From positions 1,184,001 to 1,248,000 of the forward strand of contig CAXXKT010000001.1 of NCBI GenBank assembly GCA_963662405.2: a stretch of 64,000 bases of DNA, read 5' to 3'. Every line of letters starts with the position of its first letter. The stretch's first letter is position 1. The stretch is from Syntrophales bacterium (lineage in GTDB: Bacteria > Desulfobacterota > Syntrophia > Syntrophales > UBA2210). The translations under genes were made by a program, and so were the position numbers. Below the pieces are notes generated by a model that saw nothing but the letters and a program-made list of their open reading frames with translations, ran no database searches and was not told where the DNA came from. This document shows, one piece after another, positions 29,102 to 38,408 of this stretch.

Positions 29102-29932
29102 TTACAGGTAACTGTGCAGACCCGAGAGGATATAATTGACACCGAGATAGGTGAAGATGACGGCAATAAATCCCACTATGGAAATGACAGCCATCCCCGT
29201 TCCCCGCCACCCCCTGACCAGGCGGGCGTGGAGATAGGCGCCGTAGAGAAACCAGGTAATCAGAGACCAGGTCTCCTTGGGGTCCCATCCCCAGTAGCGT
29301 CCCCAGGCCGTATCGGCCCAGACGGCACCGGTCATGATCCCAACCGTGAGGAGTAGAAATCCGACCGATATGGTCCGGTAGGCAAGATCATCGAAGAAGG
29401 CCGGCGAAGGAAACCGCCCAGCCATGCGTCCTTTTGTCTTCGCCGTCACCAGGTAAAGCACCCCGGCCCCGAAGGAGAGGGCAAAGCAGGCATAGGCGAG
29501 GAAGGCACTGATGACGTGGCTGATCAGCCAGTTGCTCTGGAGGGCCGGGATCAGCGGTTGTATACGGGCATCGACCTTCCCCGAGAGGGAGGCATAGGCC
29601 AGGATTAAAAAGGCGAAGAGGGAGAGGATGGCGCCGACGAATCCATTTCCGAAACGCCTCTGGGCGAAGAAAAGGACACAGACGAGAGACCAGGAGAAAA
29701 AAATCAGGGATTCGTAGAAATTTGACAGGGGTGCATGTCCGATCCCCAGACGGTACGAGAGGACCCACCGGAGGACAATCGCGGTTGTGTGAAGAATGAA
29801 TCCGACTGTCGCCACGCCCGTGGCGAACCGCTGGATTCCCCGCCGTTCCCACACGACGGAGATAAGGAAGAGGAGGGCAACCGCGAAATAGACAAAGGTC
29901 GTTATGCTGATCAGAAAGGTGTCGTCCATCAT
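29102..29932 (-). CDS. ccsB: System II cytochrome c synthase, WWD subunit (CcsA/ResC family)
   Basis: GAVWADTAWGRYWGWDPKETWSLITW, PALQSNWL..HV and GLHSY motifs. Confidence 0.95.
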   Translation of the reverse strand: MMDDTFLISITTFVYFAVALLFLISVVWERRGIQRFATGVATVGFILHTTAIVLRWVLSYRLGIGHAPLSNFYESLIFFSWSLVCVLFFAQRRFGNGFVGAILSLFAFLILAYASLSGKVDARIQPLIPALQSNWLISHVISAFLAYACFALSFGAGVLYLVTAKTKGRMAGRFPSPAFFDDLAYRTISVGFLLLTVGIMTGAVWADTAWGRYWGWDPKETWSLITWFLYGAYLHARLVRGWRGTGMAVISIVGFIAVIFTYLGVNYILSGLHSYL

Positions 29933-29933
29933 C

Positions 29934-31247
29934 TCATCCCGTGAAGATTGTTCGGCATGCCTCATCGAGGCGTTTTTCGAAGCCTTGATTATTGTTCCCG
30001 GGGTCGGCAGCGACCGCGATTTCGGTCCCCTCCGCCGTGGGGGTGATCCTGACCCAGAGACGCCGATGGGTTCCGAAGAGACTCACCGTCAGACCGAGAA
30101 GGAGCAGGATAAACCCTGCCCAGACCAGCGGCACTCCGGGATCGCTTCCCACCTGGATTCCCGTGTAGAAGCGCGCCGTAAAATCGTGAAAGGAAAAAAT
30201 ATATCCACCGTGTTCTGCGGATTCCCCCCGGAAGAGCCAGAAGATATCATGGGGCTGACCGGGTTTGAGGAGGACACCCAGAAGGGCCGGGCCTCTCCCC
30301 TGAAAATCGGGGGCGAACCGGGCTGCGGCGAAGGATGCTTCTCCGTTCGGGAGGGGAGCCTTCTTCATCAGTGCCAGCGTCAGCGGTTTCTCCTGCCCCG
30401 TCGCGATATCCCGTACGGCAACCTTGAAATCATGCGCCTCCGCGATACCATATGTCGCCTGGCAGAACTTCACCCCCCGATATCTCAAAGGTTCGTTCAC
30501 CTTGATGGCTGCGGAGAGGACTTTTTTTTCTCCTTCCAAGACCGTCACATCGGACCGATACTCTTTGGGCATCCCATTTTCGTAGAAGGAGACGGAAAAA
30601 TCGTCGCACCCGATTGCAAAGGGAATGGTCTTCGTCCCACCGTCATACAGGGCCACGGTATTCGTTTTGGTTCCCTCGGTGATCATCATCTGCCCGGCGA
30701 ATCCCCAGATTGCCCCTATCAGCCCGCCGGCGAGAATGAAGAGGATACTGACATGAACGGCAACCGTCCCCAGCCGTGCATACCGCCCCCGTTGAGCAGC
30801 AAGGTACCGTTTCCCCTCCCTGACGGTGATGGAAGGTTCCCCCGCGAGAGAATGCATGAGCGTCCGCGTTTTTGTCTCCAATTCATCGGTGGAAACTGTA
30901 CTCCGGATAATCCTCTGTACGGAAGCGCTTCGAAAGATCCTGTCGTCTCCGTTCTGGAGAGGGGAACGAATCCGGCGAACGATCCGGGGAATCCTCCGTG
31001 CGGTACAGGTGATAACATTGACGGCCAGAAGGAGGAGCAGACCCGTGAACCACCACGAGTGGTACATGTCGAAGGCATCAAGCCACGAAAGGATCGACGT
31101 CAGGTCGGGACCGTACAGATCCACATACCGCTTCCGGGGAAGACCCTGCTGAACCAGGGTGCCGACAACGGAGGTTGTTGCCAGGAGGAGGAACAGACAT
31201 ATGGTAAGCCGTGCCGAGGCAAGGATTTTGTACATTCTTTCCATCAT
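29934..31247 (-). CDS. resB: System II cytochrome c biogenesis protein ResB/Ccs1
   Basis: FDMYHSWWF, VHVSILFILAG, PKEYRSD, VNEPL and TGIQVGSDPGVP motifs. Confidence 0.93.
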   Translation of the reverse strand: MMERMYKILASARLTICLFLLLATTSVVGTLVQQGLPRKRYVDLYGPDLTSILSWLDAFDMYHSWWFTGLLLLLAVNVITCTARRIPRIVRRIRSPLQNGDDRIFRSASVQRIIRSTVSTDELETKTRTLMHSLAGEPSITVREGKRYLAAQRGRYARLGTVAVHVSILFILAGGLIGAIWGFAGQMMITEGTKTNTVALYDGGTKTIPFAIGCDDFSVSFYENGMPKEYRSDVTVLEGEKKVLSAAIKVNEPLRYRGVKFCQATYGIAEAHDFKVAVRDIATGQEKPLTLALMKKAPLPNGEASFAAARFAPDFQGRGPALLGVLLKPGQPHDIFWLFRGESAEHGGYIFSFHDFTARFYTGIQVGSDPGVPLVWAGFILLLLGLTVSLFGTHRRLWVRITPTAEGTEIAVAADPGNNNQGFEKRLDEACRTIFTG

Positions 31248-31529
31248 GACAGTCGATTCGGCCTCGCTGGTTGGTGAACCAGCTCATTTTTTGGTATACC
31301 ACTCCCGAGGGATTCTATATGAAGGATATACAAAGGCTTGTCAAGAAATTCTGTCGACAGCGGCCAGGACAAAGCGAAGCGAGCAAAGGGAGTTGTTTCC
31401 CCTTTTCGCCCCGGTGTCAAGGGGGCTCGCCGTGACCTCGAAGATCAAGGTTACGCGGGCCCGATGTCGATTATCACGCCAGCTGTTTCCCTGTCAGTCA
31501 TGAAAACCATGACTGGATAACACCATGGA

Positions 31530-31559
31530 AACGGGAAGGGACCGCAGTCCCTTCCCGTT
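31530..31559 (-). terminator. Hairpin or terminator after flavoprotein 1
   Basis: AACGGGAAGGGAC-CGCA-GTCCCTTCCCGTT perfect 13-bp stem. Confidence 0.7.
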
Positions 31560-31589
31560 CACGGTCAATACTCCGGTCCACCCTCAGCC

Positions 31590-33200
31590 CTACGGTGTTT
31601 CCTTCGACAGGTTTCTTCCGCAAATCCGGCCAAAGACCAGGCAATCCGGGACCGCACAGCTCCCCAGCCTGCTCGCGCCATGCGGCCCTCCCACCGTTTC
31701 GCCGGCTGCATACAGCCCCGGTATGGGCTGTTGCGTTTCCATTTCAATGACCTGCCCGTTTGTGTTGATCAAAACACCACCCATGGTGTGATGTGTTTTC
31801 GGTACACCTTCCATGATGTAGTAGGGGGCCTTTTCGATAGGTTTCATGTTTTTATCGAGAGGTTTGCCGAACTGCTTGTCTTTCCCTGACTTTACAGAGC
31901 GGTTATATTCTTCCAGCTGGGCCTTGAAAGGTCCCAGAGGTGTCTTGAAATGCGCCGCCACCTCCTCGATCGTGTCGAATTTCAGGACTACTTTTTTGTC
32001 AATACACTTTTGCAGGGTTGCCGCATTCAGAACACCTTCCTGGCTGTCAGCGATGGTAAAGGGGTAGCTGGGATTATTCGGATCACCAATCACCTTGAAC
32101 ATCGCCTGGGCCCTGGTCCGTCGATCCGCCAGTTCATTCACAAAGCGTTTCCCCGTCTTCTTGTCGATCATGATACCGAAACGGAAACCGGCCGCAATCT
32201 GGTAAGAAGACCCCACACCAAAACCCTTTTCGTTAGGCGATGCCCAGGGACCTGACTGAATCCAGCTCAGGTGCACCGGTGCGGCACCGACCTTGAAGAG
32301 GTTCTCCAACACTTCACCCGTGGCGCCTGGTTGATTGGTGCTGTCGAGCTGATTTGTCGGTTTTGCAAGACTGGGATCCTGAATCCCCCGGAAAAAGGGG
32401 TCTTGGCTGAATCCGCCGCTTGCCACCACGACACCTTTTCTCGCCTTGTAGAACTTCCTATTTCCCGTCTTGTTGTGGCGATCACCGTCGGTGGCCTTGT
32501 AATTGAACCTGTAATCTTCAAGCACCTCGACACCCAAAACGCGTCCGTTCGGTTTGGCGTTCGTGTCCTCGCGGACAAATCCGACAACCTTTGTCTTCTT
32601 TTGCAGTTCTCCGTTCAGTTTTTCCAGGTAATAGGTGGTGAGGGGCCTGACGATGCCTGATCCGGAAGAAACCGTAGTCAAATAGGTCCGCGGTACCGAA
32701 TGGCCGCCCAGGTGTTCGAGCTTGTCATTCCACTTCACGCCGCGCTCCGTCGTCCACTCCGGCAGATCACGTCCTTCCTTGGCGACAATCTCGATCAACG
32801 CCACATGGTTGAGTCCCCGACCCGCCTTCAGGAGATCATGGACATAAAGATCCACCGAGTCCTTGACGCCTTCTTTCTCCTGCAGTTTTGAATTCACTGC
32901 CGCCATAAGGCCGCCGTTGATGATGGAGTTGCCGCCGTTTACGGGCATCTTGTCCAGGATAATAACATTCTGCCCGGCTTCCTTGGCCGTGATCCCCGCG
33001 GCGAGTCCTGCGAACCCGCTGCCGATAACGATAATATCGAATTCCTTGTCCCACTTCGCTGGAATCGGCTGCGGCCTGGCATGGGCATCCCCTGCCAGAA
33101 GACTCAGGGCAAATCCGCCCACCGCAACGGCACCTCCCGTTGACTTAAGAAAGGTCCTCCGTGACACATCGTGTGTCGGCGTATTGTTTTTTTCTTTCAT
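31590..33200 (-). CDS. Tat-exported flavocytochrome c flavoprotein subunit 1 (heme-less)
   Basis: SRRTFLK Tat motif; IGSGFAG, GGHSVPR, IQSGPW, HHTMGG and HGASRLGS; no CxxCH. Confidence 0.92.
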   Translation of the reverse strand: MKEKNNTPTHDVSRRTFLKSTGGAVAVGGFALSLLAGDAHARPQPIPAKWDKEFDIIVIGSGFAGLAAGITAKEAGQNVIILDKMPVNGGNSIINGGLMAAVNSKLQEKEGVKDSVDLYVHDLLKAGRGLNHVALIEIVAKEGRDLPEWTTERGVKWNDKLEHLGGHSVPRTYLTTVSSGSGIVRPLTTYYLEKLNGELQKKTKVVGFVREDTNAKPNGRVLGVEVLEDYRFNYKATDGDRHNKTGNRKFYKARKGVVVASGGFSQDPFFRGIQDPSLAKPTNQLDSTNQPGATGEVLENLFKVGAAPVHLSWIQSGPWASPNEKGFGVGSSYQIAAGFRFGIMIDKKTGKRFVNELADRRTRAQAMFKVIGDPNNPSYPFTIADSQEGVLNAATLQKCIDKKVVLKFDTIEEVAAHFKTPLGPFKAQLEEYNRSVKSGKDKQFGKPLDKNMKPIEKAPYYIMEGVPKTHHTMGGVLINTNGQVIEMETQQPIPGLYAAGETVGGPHGASRLGSCAVPDCLVFGRICGRNLSKETP

Positions 33201-33536
33201 TTTTTCTCTCCTTCCGGACGAAAAGCCTTGGTAAATTGTTTTCCGTGCTGTCTTATCCAGTTCATACCTCCTTTCCGCCGCAATCAAGGACCGGCGTACA
33301 TCCTTCGATTACGGGCAGACTCTAGCATCGAGAAAGATCAGCGCATCTGTCAGTGGTCTTTGGGAAAATCGATCGAGGAGAAGAAAAAAGAGGGCCGCCG
33401 TTCGGTATCACGCACATACTTGCATGACAGGGATATCATCTGGAATTATGAAATTCGAAATTGCCTCAGAAGGGATTTTACACCGTGTCGTATCGATAAA
33501 GAAGAGAACAGCAGAACGTGATCGCTCATGGCTCCT

Positions 33537-33598
33537 ATTGAAAGATCAATCTCTTAACGCTGCACCCTCATACTAGGGACTTTTTACGGTACAGTCAA
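33537..33598 (-). promoter_or_regulatory. Sigma70 promoter with downstream TGATCTTTCAAT box
   Basis: TTGACT-17 nt-TAGTAT; the same 12-mer occurs at 40591-40602. Confidence 0.65.
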
Positions 33599-33786
33599 GA
33601 CTTTTGGGATTCAAAAACGGGTTTTGGGGAAAGAGTGAAGAGAAGATATGATCGAGGACAGTGGTTGCGGGAATCCTTATGGTCTTTCCCGTGAAATTGA
33701 CTACGGCCAGGATCAGAAGCAGCGTCAGCCGCGCCGAGGCCCCTGTCGAATCTGCCGATGAAAAGCGGTACAAAACCGGGGACACG

Positions 33787-33827
33787 AAAAAGACAGGCAC
33801 CCGGCGGTTCTGCCGGTTGCCTGTCTT
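33787..33827 (-). terminator. Intrinsic terminator after the multiheme cytochrome
   Basis: AAGACAGGCA(A)CCGGC...GCCGG(G)TGCCTGTCTTTTT on the minus strand. Confidence 0.75.
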
Positions 33828-33901
33828 CAGTGTTTGTGGTTTCTCCCGACGACTTCCCGTGATCAACTCATCATGGTACCCCGCTCGCCGTCCCGTCTCA
33901 C

Positions 33902-36271
33902 CTAGCAGAGGACCGACCAGAAGATGAGGACCGTCAGGAGGAGGCCGAGGAGGACCGAGGCGATGCCGATAACCGCCGCCACCAACTGGTCAAGAGGACC
34001 CGGCTGCGTTCGCTTCAGTGCCTCAAGGCGATCCTCGGCGATGATCCGTTCATATTCCTCAGGGCGCTCCTTCTTCAGTGCCGATACGCTGTACCGACCC
34101 GTGAAGATGTTCGACTCCATGGGGAACTTGTTCGGTACCAGGTGGTTGTGGAAGAAGTGGACCGTGAAGATAAAGATCGCCGCCAGGAACGCCTCCTCGG
34201 AATGGGCCACCGCGGCGACATTGATCATCCACCCCGGCATGATGTACGAAAACGTTTCAGGGAACCAGAGGACCAGTCCCGAGAGACCGATCACGAACAT
34301 CCCCCAGAAGACGGCGAAGAAGTCAAACTTCTCCCAGTAGGTCCAGCGTTCAAAGCGGGGCATCTCCCCCCGGTCGAAGAACCAGCGGAGCATCCCCTTC
34401 AGATCTGCCCAGTCCTTCAGGTTGAAGAAGAGGGACTCCGGGCCGAAGAGCCGACCCAGCCAGCCCTTTGTCTTGCCGCCGGGGAAGAGGAACCGCAGGC
34501 TCAGCCAGCAGGTGTAGAGGAAGAGCGCCCAGAGGATGATCGCCGCCGCGCGGTGCAGATGCCCCGCCATGGTCACGCCTCCCCAGAGGTTGATCAGGAA
34601 CTCGGCGATCGGTGTTTCGTGATACTTGAGCGGGAACCCCGTCATGACCAGCACGAAGAATGATGCCATCAACAGGAGGTGCATGATGCGGTCACGCCAT
34701 GGAAAACGCTGGACATAGACGTACGTATCCTCCGGAGATGCAGATTCTTCTTCCCCCGGGGTTTTCAGTCGCCACTTGTGCCAGTAGGCCTTTCGCCACC
34801 AGAGGATGGTGTGGACCCAGAAGAAGAGAAAGACGAAGAACAGGAGAGCAAGCATGAAGACGTTGGTCCAGAAGAGGGCCGGATAGCGGGCCCGATCGCT
34901 GTAATCGGGGTGTGCCACATACGCGATGAATCGATGGTGGAATTTTGAGTGGCACTGTTCGCAGTCCTTCACGAGTTCGCTCTCATGAATGGTCGACTGC
35001 GGATCGTCCGGGGGGAGGATGTTGTGGCCGTTATGACAGTCGCCACACCCCGCGATACGCATGGGGTCCCCTTCGAGTGATTCGCAGGCGAGCACCTTGC
35101 CGTGGAAGGTCTCTTCATACCCGGTGGTCACCGAGGGGTTCAGGTCGTTCCGCGCCGCCAGTTCCCTGTCCTCGTGGCAGGTCCTGCAGGCAATGGTGTA
35201 AGATTCGCGTTTCTGCGCCTGTCCCCGCGGGGTATCGGCGTAGGCGGGAATGCCGTGGAGGCCGTGACAGTCCGAACAGGCTGCCGCGTCCTCGTTCCCC
35301 TTCAGAACGGCGTTTCCATGGCCCCGGGAGACATAGGTTTTCTCTTCGTGGCACGCGGTACAGCGTTTGATGACGGCCGTTTTTGAAGACCCCTCGTGTT
35401 TTGTGCGGATGTGCACATCGGTATGGCAGTCCTGACAGGTGATCCTCTCACTCAGAAGATGGACATCAGTATCATACTGTGAAGCGATGTCCTTATGACA
35501 GATGGCGCAGGTGATCAGTCCCGGCTTCATTTCCTGTGCCGCATGAGCCGATATGTCGACGATTCCGGTATGACAGGTGGTGCAGTTCAAGATGCCGTGG
35601 ACCGAGGCAGCGAACTGGTCTCCGTATTCGGGCTGGCCGTGACAGTTCTGGCAGGCCTGTCCCGGCTCGACCGGTTTTTTCCCTTCCGCTCCTGCCGTTT
35701 GTGCGCCGACCGCGACCTTGTCGGGTTCGGCCATCGGCGAGGGGATGACGAACCCGAATTCATGGCACTGATTACAGAAGTTCTCGGACGGGGCATGGGC
35801 ATGGTGACAGACATCACAGTCCAGTTCCGGGCCGTAGTGCGAATTGTGCGGATTTGCCTCCTCGTGCCCTTCCGTCGCCGCCACTATCAGCTCGGTCGTA
35901 TGGCACGACAGACATTGATCGGCCCCCACGAACTCGGGTGGGTCGGCATCGCCGTGGCAGGCGGCGCAGGAGATACCGCCCAGGAGGTGGCTGTGACTCA
36001 GGGGGAGGGTATTGGTCAGCTGTGGGTCATCCTGTCCGTGACACCCCAGGCACTGTTTGAGGCCCATCCCCTTCGTATCCATATGGCTGTCCGGCAGCTT
36101 TGCATCGTCACCATGACAGGCGGCGCAGTCACCGCCTTGAGCCGTCGCGAGACGCTGCGGCTCGGCCGCCGATGCGGGGCTGCCACCGCACAATAAAAAA
36201 GCCAGAGATAAAACGGCTACACCTTTGACCGTTTCTCTTACCCATTTTTTCCAGATATGATGGTCCTTCAT
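33902..36271 (-). CDS. 15-heme cytochrome c/cytochrome b fusion (Fcc-type cytochrome plus CbcL-like quinol dehydrogenase)
   Basis: 15 CxxCH motifs counted; signal peptide; NPHNSH...CDVCHHAH...CNQCH tetraheme pattern; C-terminal membrane b-domain with RFERWTYWEKFDFFAVFWG, AHSEEAFLA and VHFFHNHL. Confidence 0.9.
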   Translation of the reverse strand: MKDHHIWKKWVRETVKGVAVLSLAFLLCGGSPASAAEPQRLATAQGGDCAACHGDDAKLPDSHMDTKGMGLKQCLGCHGQDDPQLTNTLPLSHSHLLGGISCAACHGDADPPEFVGADQCLSCHTTELIVAATEGHEEANPHNSHYGPELDCDVCHHAHAPSENFCNQCHEFGFVIPSPMAEPDKVAVGAQTAGAEGKKPVEPGQACQNCHGQPEYGDQFAASVHGILNCTTCHTGIVDISAHAAQEMKPGLITCAICHKDIASQYDTDVHLLSERITCQDCHTDVHIRTKHEGSSKTAVIKRCTACHEEKTYVSRGHGNAVLKGNEDAAACSDCHGLHGIPAYADTPRGQAQKRESYTIACRTCHEDRELAARNDLNPSVTTGYEETFHGKVLACESLEGDPMRIAGCGDCHNGHNILPPDDPQSTIHESELVKDCEQCHSKFHHRFIAYVAHPDYSDRARYPALFWTNVFMLALLFFVFLFFWVHTILWWRKAYWHKWRLKTPGEEESASPEDTYVYVQRFPWRDRIMHLLLMASFFVLVMTGFPLKYHETPIAEFLINLWGGVTMAGHLHRAAAIILWALFLYTCWLSLRFLFPGGKTKGWLGRLFGPESLFFNLKDWADLKGMLRWFFDRGEMPRFERWTYWEKFDFFAVFWGMFVIGLSGLVLWFPETFSYIMPGWMINVAAVAHSEEAFLAAIFIFTVHFFHNHLVPNKFPMESNIFTGRYSVSALKKERPEEYERIIAEDRLEALKRTQPGPLDQLVAAVIGIASVLLGLLLTVLIFWSVLC

Positions 36272-36399
36272 GATTTTCTCCGTGGAGGCTCGCTCTGTTC
36301 CCGGTGTGCGTATCCCGGGAAACCCGCCGGTGGCGGGAAGAGCTAGAGGACCCTTCCCGCCGTTTCATACACCGTACCTCTGGGGAGCGGCCTCTGTCC

Positions 36400-37944
36400 C
36401 TACGCCGCTCCGACATTCTTTCCCGCGATCCGGCCGAAGACCAGGCAGTCTACCACCGCGCAGCTTCCCAGACGGACGGCGCCATGAACACCTCCCGCTA
36501 CCTCGCCTGCGGCATAGAGACCGGCGATCGGGTTGCCGTCCACATCGATGACCTGGGCCTTCTCGTTGATCTGCACCCCGCCCATGGTGTGATGTACCTT
36601 GGGCCAGAGGCGGATGGCATAGAAGGGGGCCGTTTCTATGGGCTTTGCGTCAGGCTGCATGTACCTGCCGAATTCCTTGTCTACCCCCGTCTTCAGATAG
36701 GAATTGTAGTCGTCGACGGTCTTTTTGACGGCCGCGTATGGGATCTTGTAGGTCGCTGCCAGGGCCTCAAAGGTATCGAATTTTTTGACGACGCCCCGTT
36801 CGAGGAGCTTCCCCAGCGCCCCGGGAGGCCCTCCGCACTTCGTGGAACCAAACTCATCAGAGATCCCGATTGCGGCATGGCCGGTCCTGATAATGGCATC
36901 GGCCCGGACCTTCCGGTTTGCGAGCTCACTGACGAATCGTTTTCCCGTCTCGGGGTCTACCATGACACCGTAGCTGAAAACCGGTCCCGTCGCGAAGTGG
37001 GGACCGAGACCGAACCCTTTTTCATCGGGGCTCGCCCAGGGACCGAGCTGGATCCAGGAAGGCTGCACGGGGTTCGCTCCGATCCTGAACAATTCCCTGA
37101 GTCCCTCGCCGGTGGCACCCGGCTGATTCGTGGAGTTGACTTTTGCAATCAGCTTGGGATCCTGTGTCATCCGATACGGGACGTCACGTGAGAATCCGCC
37201 GGTTGCGATGACAAGGCCTTTCGTGGTCTTGACGGTCTTGACCGTTCCGCTGTCTTTCGTCGGGAAACGGTAGTTCTCGCGTATCTGGATACCGGCGACC
37301 TTCCCGTTTCCGTCGGTGAAGATCTTCTCGAGATAGGTCTTGGTCATGATCTGAACGCCCAGTTCCTTGAGCTTTGCAAGTTCCTGCATAACGATGCCGG
37401 AACCGCTGTAGTTGGCGGTGGGGCAGCTGCGGGCGACGGTGTGCCCGCCCATATGGAGGAGCATTCCTCCGAATTTACATCCGAGATGTGCCTTACACCA
37501 CTCGTATGCGCTCTTTGATTGATACGCCACCATCTTCGCCAGATCCGGGTAATTCAGATAGAGTCCCGCCTTCATCATGTCTTCCAGCATCAGGTCGGGG
37601 GAATCCTTGATCCCTTTCGCCTCCTGCATGTCGGATCCGGCCACCGCCATGACGCCGCCGTTGATGATCGAATTTCCGCCGGCGACGCGCATCTTCTCAT
37701 ACACAACCACTGACGCGCCCGCCTCCTTTGCCTCGATCGCCGCTGCCAGGCCGGCGAAGCCGCTCCCAATAACGGCGACATCCACCGCGGAATCCCATTT
37801 CTTGGGGATATCGGCAGCGATCGCCTGCCGGGGTCCGGCAAACAACGTCCCGGCCGCAGCACCGGTCAGCGCCGCCCCTCCCGTGGCTTTCAGAAAATTT
37901 CGTCTCGTCAAGCCCTGATCTTTGGGTGCCTTCTTTTGTGCCAT
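36400..37944 (-). CDS. Tat-exported flavocytochrome c flavoprotein subunit 2 (heme-less)
   Basis: TRRNFLK, IGSGFAG, IQLGPW, KVHHTMGG and HGAVRLGS; no CxxCH. Confidence 0.92.
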   Translation of the reverse strand: MAQKKAPKDQGLTRRNFLKATGGAALTGAAAGTLFAGPRQAIAADIPKKWDSAVDVAVIGSGFAGLAAAIEAKEAGASVVVYEKMRVAGGNSIINGGVMAVAGSDMQEAKGIKDSPDLMLEDMMKAGLYLNYPDLAKMVAYQSKSAYEWCKAHLGCKFGGMLLHMGGHTVARSCPTANYSGSGIVMQELAKLKELGVQIMTKTYLEKIFTDGNGKVAGIQIRENYRFPTKDSGTVKTVKTTKGLVIATGGFSRDVPYRMTQDPKLIAKVNSTNQPGATGEGLRELFRIGANPVQPSWIQLGPWASPDEKGFGLGPHFATGPVFSYGVMVDPETGKRFVSELANRKVRADAIIRTGHAAIGISDEFGSTKCGGPPGALGKLLERGVVKKFDTFEALAATYKIPYAAVKKTVDDYNSYLKTGVDKEFGRYMQPDAKPIETAPFYAIRLWPKVHHTMGGVQINEKAQVIDVDGNPIAGLYAAGEVAGGVHGAVRLGSCAVVDCLVFGRIAGKNVGAA

Positions 37945-38188
37945 GATAATCCTCCTTTCTCACAGTCACAGTGAAAATAGTGTAAAAAACATTTCCCTTT
38001 CTCTACTCAAGACACCATCCGGTGCAGATAGAGGCTTGGGGACAACAAAAAAGCGGATGATTATGAGAAGAAAACAGGGAAGCAACGGTCACCACAAAAC
38101 AAAAACACGCGCCATAGGGTGCAAAGAACTATGGTATACCTTCCCTCTCTTTGCCGACACGGATAAGCCAACCAAGGACTGTAGTGTC

Positions 38189-38216
38189 AGTGTATAGAAA
38201 TTGTCCTCTAAGTCAA
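38189..38216 (-). promoter_or_regulatory. Sigma70-type promoter for flavoprotein 2 and the cytochrome
   Basis: TTGACT-16 nt-TACACT on the minus strand. Confidence 0.55.
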
Positions 38217-38408
38217 GAATATTTTGTAAGTAATATGAACCCCATACTCGTATGTTGCGGCAGCATGTACGTGTCGCAATGATGCCGGCTTATAGTTTCA
38301 GGAAATCCTGAAGGTGTGAGCGGCGGGGCGAGGCTATCCCCTCGTCCCGCCACCGTCTTGATGCATGTCTTCAGGGCTTGATCGATCGATTGGCCCCTGA
38401 AGCTGTTG

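Noticed and set aside
33197..33265. 22-codon uORF (MNWIRQ...) ending in an ATGA overlap with reductase 1
   Set aside because: Its AAGGAGGT abuts the ATG with no spacer, and the main gene has its own AGGAG RBS.
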